Source: Candidatus Anderseniibacteriota bacterium
GTDB lineage: Bacteria > Patescibacteriota > JAUYIX01
Assembly (NCBI GenBank): GCA_046350905.1
Contig: JAXLZN010000004.1
Coordinates: 6,026 to 70,025 of the forward strand
Reading direction: 5' to 3'
DNA: 64,000 bases
The notes beneath the pieces are model-generated. The model was not told where the DNA came from. It made no database searches and worked only from the letters and a program-made list of their open reading frames with translations. Both the position numbers and the translations under genes were made by a program. Below, in pieces: positions 60,028 to 64,000 of the stretch; positions within the stretch are counted from its first letter, which is position 1, and every line of letters starts with the position of its first letter.

Positions 60028-60852
60028 ATGTCCCGCATCGTAGCGCTGGTCAACCAGAAAGGTGGCGTCGGCAAGACGACCACCGCCATCAACCTCGGAG
60101 CGAGCCTGGCAGAGCGCGGGCAGCGCATCTTGCTCGTCGACGTCGACCCGCAGGGCAACGCCTCCTCTGGCCTCGGCACCTGTCCGGGTGACGTCCAGGC
60201 TGGCACGTACGAACTCATGCTCGGCACCGCCTCGCTCGAGCAGGCCACCGTCGCTACGCAGCACAAAAACTTGCACCTGGTTCCCGCGACGCAGTCGCTC
60301 GCCGGCGCCAACGTCGAGCTCGTGACCGTCGACGCCCGTGAGCACAAGCTGGCGCAAGCGCTCGAGGCAGCTCGGGCGCACTACGACGCAATCCTCCTCG
60401 ACGCGCCGCCCTCGCTCGGCCTCGTCACGATCAACGCGCTCGTTGCAGCCGACGAGGTGCTCATCCCGGTGCAGTCCGAAGTACTACGCGCTCGAGGGGC
60501 TCTCGCAGCTGCTCCACACCATCGAGCTCGTGCGCACCAACCTCAAGCCGACCCTCCGCTGCTCGGCGCCGTCATCACGCTGCATGATAAGCGAACCAAG
60601 CTCGCCGTCGACGTAGCGCGCGAGATTCGCCGCTACTTTCCGGGCCGCGTCTTTACGACCGAAATCCCGCGCAACGTTCGCCTCTCGGAGGCACCCTCGT
60701 ACGGTAAGTCCGTCTTGCAGTACGCCGGCTGGTCCAAGGGTGCGCGGGCGTACGCTGCGCTCGCCGACGAGGTCATCGCCGCCTGGCGAACCCCCGCCAT
60801 TCCGCAACCAAACATTGCAGCGCCACAGCCGGTCGAGCCAGCGGCAGCGTAA
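60028..60852 (+). CDS. parA: ParA/Soj chromosome-partitioning ATPase, with two compensating frameshifts at about 60470-60570
   Basis: Deviant Walker A 'KGGVGKTTTAINL'. '..DAILLDAPPSLGL...VLIPVQSE', then in the alternate frame 'YYALEGLSQLLHTIELVRTNLKPTL', then back to 'LGAVITLHDKRTKLAVDVAREIRRYFPGRVFTTEIPRNVRLSEAPSYGKSV'. Confidence 0.85.
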   Translation: MSRIVALVNQKGGVGKTTTAINLGASLAERGQRILLVDVDPQGNASSGLGTCPGDVQAGTYELMLGTASLEQATVATQHKNLHLVPATQSLAGANVELVTVDAREHKLAQALEAARAHYDAILLDAPPSLGLVTINALVAADEVLIPVQSEVLRARGALAAAPHHRARAHQPQADPPLLGAVITLHDKRTKLAVDVAREIRRYFPGRVFTTEIPRNVRLSEAPSYGKSVLQYAGWSKGARAYAALADEVIAAWRTPAIPQPNIAAPQPVEPAAA

Positions 60853-60924
60853 GTTAAGATTCGAGCCGGACAGGAGGTCCGGCTCGGTAGGAGAAATGAC
60901 GGTGCGATCAATGCGTAGTCGGGG

Positions 60925-61509
60925 CTACGCAACGTGCTCGTACGCCAGCTGGTCGAGCAGGTCCTCGAGCCAGCGGTAGCGCCAGGGTTCGCCGCGGGCT
61001 GCCTCGTCGATCTGCAGCGAGACCGTGAAAGAGCTCTCGTGGTACCCACGCTCACCCCAGAACGCGTCGAGCAGGGTGGATTCCACGAGGACGATCTCCG
61101 ATTGCCTGTCGCGGAAGATCCGGCAGAGGTACACCGGTCCGAGGTAGCCGTCGGTCAGCAGGTCGTGCAGCCGATCAAAGATGGCTGCCGGACAGAACGT
61201 GGTCTGCGCCAGCGCACCAAACCGCACGATCGCGGGTTTGCCGAGGGACTCCCGGTCCGTCACGAGCGGCGTGCCGTCCAGCTCGAGCAGTTCGTCCGCG
61301 TGGTCAGATCGCACGATGCGCTGGTAGGGCGACACCTTGCCGTGCTCCCACATCTGCTGGGAGGCACTGAGCTTGGCACCGATCTGCCAGTGTCCGCCGC
61401 GGGCACCGCCCGCAAAGAGGTAGCTGCTCTGGTTCCGTAGCGCAATGCCGTCGAGCACCTCGAGCAGCTCGTACGCCGGGGTTCGTAGGACGCCCATCTT
61501 GGTCAGCAT
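60925..61509 (-). CDS. Hypothetical protein (194 aa) encoded on the opposite strand between parA and parB
   Basis: ATG (complement of 61507-61509) with a strong Shine-Dalgarno AAGGAGG 9 nt upstream. Balanced composition with W, Y and F, e.g. 'YLCRIFRDRQSEIVLVESTLLDAFWGERGYHESSFTVSLQIDE'. The overlapping + ORF 60934..61440 is Arg-rich antisense junk. Confidence 0.5.
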   Translation of the reverse strand: MLTKMGVLRTPAYELLEVLDGIALRNQSSYLFAGGARGGHWQIGAKLSASQQMWEHGKVSPYQRIVRSDHADELLELDGTPLVTDRESLGKPAIVRFGALAQTTFCPAAIFDRLHDLLTDGYLGPVYLCRIFRDRQSEIVLVESTLLDAFWGERGYHESSFTVSLQIDEAARGEPWRYRWLEDLLDQLAYEHVA

Positions 61510-61577
61510 GTTGGGAAGGCCTCCTTGCCGCCATGGTCCCGCTGGCCCGGGGCCCCGTCAACCGCTACACTGGTCCA

Positions 61578-62513
61578 ATGGCATTTGGCCTCGGACGCGG
61601 CCTCGAGTCGCTCATACCAACCAAGGCGAGCAAGCCCAGCTCGCGGCCGGCTCCGCTCCCGGCGCGAACCGCACCGGCGGCGACCACCGAGGTGGCGATC
61701 GTCGACCTCGTCGCCAACCCACGTCAGCCGCGTAAGACTTTTCCGCTGCCCGAGCTCGAGACGCTCGCGGCATCGATCAAGACGCACGGCATTTTGGAAC
61801 CGCTGGTAGTTTCCCCGGGCGCGACCACCGGCCAGTTTGTCTTGGTGGCCGGGGAACGACGCTTGCGCGCCGCAGAGCTCGCCGGCCTCGCCAAGGTTCC
61901 GGTCGTGGTGCGCGACACCGACGACCGGGAAAAGCTCGAGCTCGCCCTGATCGAGAACATCCAGCGCCAGGACCTCAACCCGCTCGAAGAGGCCCGTGCC
62001 CTCAAGCAGCTGCTCGAGGACTTTAAGCTCAACCACAACGAGGTGGCAGCCCGTGTGGGTCGTTCCCGCCCGGCGGTCAGCAACATTCTCCGTCTGCTCG
62101 AGCTCGCCCCCGAGGCGCAGCGTGCTCTGCTCGCGGGTCGCATCAGCGCCGGCCACGCGCGTGCCCTGCTGGCGTGCAGCGGCCACGCGCAGCAGGTCGA
62201 GCTGCTCCAGGTTACCGAGCAGCAGCGGCTGTCGGTGCGCGACGTGGAGCGTCTCGCGGCGCAGGCGGTGCGTGGCAGCCAGCCCAGCCGTCGCGCGCGG
62301 GGGGCCGATGACGCCAGCGCAGGGGACCCAGCGGCAGAAGCGGCTGCCCGCAAGCTCAGCCGTCAGCTCGGCACGCGCGTGCAGGTCATCACCACCGGCC
62401 AGGCCGGCCGCATCGTGGTGGAGTACTCCGATGCCGCCGAACGCGAGCGCATCGTCGACACGATGCTCGGGCAGGGGCAGCGCTCGAGCAAGCGCGGCGC
62501 GTTTTCGGTCTAG
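61578..62513 (+). CDS. parB: ParB/Spo0J chromosome-partitioning protein
   Basis: 'MAFGLGRGLESLIP', ParB box 'LVAGERRLRAAELAGL', 'ELALIENIQRQDLNPLEEARA', HTH 'NHNEVAARVGRSRPAVSNILRLL'. The real ATG is about 61578 within track ORF 61533..62513. Confidence 0.9.
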   Translation: MAFGLGRGLESLIPTKASKPSSRPAPLPARTAPAATTEVAIVDLVANPRQPRKTFPLPELETLAASIKTHGILEPLVVSPGATTGQFVLVAGERRLRAAELAGLAKVPVVVRDTDDREKLELALIENIQRQDLNPLEEARALKQLLEDFKLNHNEVAARVGRSRPAVSNILRLLELAPEAQRALLAGRISAGHARALLACSGHAQQVELLQVTEQQRLSVRDVERLAAQAVRGSQPSRRARGADDASAGDPAAEAAARKLSRQLGTRVQVITTGQAGRIVVEYSDAAERERIVDTMLGQGQRSSKRGAFSV

Positions 62514-62526
62514 TTCGCCGCGGCTG

Positions 62527-64000
62527 CTAGCCGCGCCCGCGCGCGACGTCCACGACTTCGGGTAGCGACCGGAGCTTACGCATTAGCTCGGCGAGCTGCT
62601 CGGTGTTGCGAATCTCGACCAGCAGCGAGATGATCGAACGTTCGCCCTCGCGGCGGCGGACGGCTACGTCGTGGATGGCGATGCGCTGCTGCGCGCTCAC
62701 GTCCGCCACATCGCGCAGCATACCGGTGTACGTCTTGAGCTGGACCTGCAGCCAGATGCGGTAGGTGCGGTAGGCATCGACGATCCAGGCGGCCGCGAGG
62801 GTCGCCTGTCCCGCGACGCGGGGGCACTCGTCGCGGTGGATCTGGGTTTCGCGCCCGACGACGAGGGCTACGATTCGGTCACCCTCGATCGGCCGGCAGC
62901 AGTGGGCGCGAACCATACGCAGCCGGCCCGCCGCCGGCACCTTAACGTTGAGCTGGAGCCGGCGGCGTTCACCCCAGGTGGTCGGCAGAATCTCCTCGGT
63001 GAACATACGCTTGACGACCTGGCGAGGGTTGCGTTCGCCGCGGCCGACGGCGACCTCGAGCGCAGCCAGGTCGGGGTAGCCGACCGCGCGCAGGTAGCTC
63101 GAGAAGTCTTTGGCGCGCACGGTGTCGTAGTCGCGGCCGACGAGCTGGCGCAGCTCTCGGCTCAGCAGCTGCTGGCCGACCTCGCGGGAGTGCTCCACGT
63201 CCAGGCGGCGGTACCAGTGCGTGATGGCGCGCCGCGCCGTCGTCGTCTTAACAAAGTCGAGCCACTCGCGGCGCGGCGCGTGCTCCGCTGGTCAAGCACG
63301 ATCTCGACCAGGTCACCGCTGGCGAGGTGGTAGTCGAGCGCCCGGAGCGCGCCGTTGACGCCGCGCCTACCGCGCGGTGGCCGAGCATGGTGTGCACCGC
63401 GTAGGCAAAGTCGATGGGCGTGGCAGCCTCGGGTAGGTTGACGACTTCGCCGGCCGGGGTCAGGCAAAAGATTCGGTTGCGGAAAAAATCGGTGCGCAGC
63501 GTCTGGAAGAACTCCTCCGGGTTGTCGACTTCCTGCTGCCAGGTGGCGAGCTGCTGCACCCAGGCCACGTCGTGCGGGCTCGCGAGCGCGGCTGCGCCCG
63601 CAACCTGCGCCTCGAGGCCGCCTCCTTGATCGCTGCTCCGCTTGGCATCGGCGTAGGCCCAGGCGGCCGCGACACCGCGTTCTGCCAGGGCGTGCATGTC
63701 GGCCGTGCGAATCTGTACTTCCACAAAGCGCCCCTCGCCGGTGATGACGGTGGTGTGGATGGATTGGTAGCCGTTGGCCTTGGGCGTGGCAACGTAGTCC
63801 TTGATCTTGCCGACTAGCGGGCGCCAGCGGGCGTGCACGATGCCGAGGGCCTTGTAGCAATCTGAGAGGGTCGGCAGCACGACCCGCACCGCGACGAGGT
63901 CGTAGATCTGGCTGATGTCGTCGTGGTAGCGCTCGAGCTTGAGGTGGAGCGAGTAGAGCCGCTTGGCGCGTCCGTGGATGTCGAGGACCCGCAGGCCCTT
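62527..64000 (-). CDS. relA: GTP pyrophosphokinase / (p)ppGpp synthetase-hydrolase (RelA/SpoT), 5'-partial because the N-terminus lies beyond the window end. At least one frameshift near 63200-63300.
   Basis: Synthetase domain 'DLVAVRVVLPTLSDCYKALGIVHARWRPLVGKIKDYVATPKANGYQSIHTTV...VEVQIRTADMHALAERGVAAAWAY'. TGS 'CLTPAGEVVNLPEAATPIDFAYAVHTMLGHRAVGA'. C-terminal ACT 'IVALVVGRETQIHRDE...LLVEIRNTEQLAELMRKLRSLPEVVDV'. Confidence 0.9.

Noticed and set aside
60934-61440. + strand 168-aa ORF between parA and parB
   Set aside because: Arg-rich low-complexity translation. The overlapping minus-strand ORF has a strong Shine-Dalgarno and protein-like composition, so I called that one instead.
1-64000. 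Search for CRISPR arrays, integrases, transposases, reverse transcriptases and prophage blocks
   Set aside because: No regularly spaced direct repeats and no recognisable recombinase, transposase, RT or phage structural or terminase motifs in any frame. The tail-fibre-like protein has no phage neighbours.

Overview
This 64 kb window has very high GC (roughly 65-70%) and looks like chromosomal DNA from a free-living, high-GC bacterium. It contains no integrase, transposase, CRISPR array or rRNA operon. The pyrimidine-synthesis genes pyrD/pyrE/pyrF and purN are present, which argues against a reduced CPR-type genome.

Housekeeping genes dominate. There are five aminoacyl-tRNA synthetases (argS, ileS, glyQS, metG, leuS), a class II ribonucleotide reductase with a B12-type fold (nrdJ), the infC-rpmI-rplT cluster, an smpB-ssrA (tmRNA) pair, glyA, pyrD/pyrF/pyrE, rsmI, tatD, recO, parA/parB, relA/spoT (running off the 3' edge), a tRNA-Leu(CAA), an ABC exporter and an MFS transporter. 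A partial GH42-like hydrolase sits at the 5' edge.

Two accessory regions stand out. The first is an envelope-glycosylation cluster at 1-8.3 kb: the GH42-like hydrolase, a heptad-repeat protein, a GT2, a tandem-GT2 membrane enzyme and a GT-C. The second is a cell-surface 'fibre' locus at 20.4-27.4 kb. Its core is a 1011-aa membrane-anchored protein with collagen-like Gly-X-Y repeats, tail-fibre-like repeats and a C-terminal H-type-lectin-like domain. It is flanked by a membrane protein with two CarboxypepD_reg-like domains and three separately translated secreted proteins. This locus is my best candidate for an undescribed system.

Other notable points are a tmRNA with an atypically long predicted tag, a tRNA-like 3' fragment directly upstream of infC, an opposite-strand gene inserted between parA and parB, and a small ORF with a near-consensus sigma70 promoter.

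A major caveat applies throughout. Many genes, including essential ones, carry clustered single-base frameshifts that disappear when the reading frame is shifted. infC has three, ileS at least five, and M16, DUF11, GDPD and yvcK have several each. This looks like indel sequencing or assembly error rather than pseudogenisation. Coordinates that I derived without the ORF track may be off by 1-2 nt.
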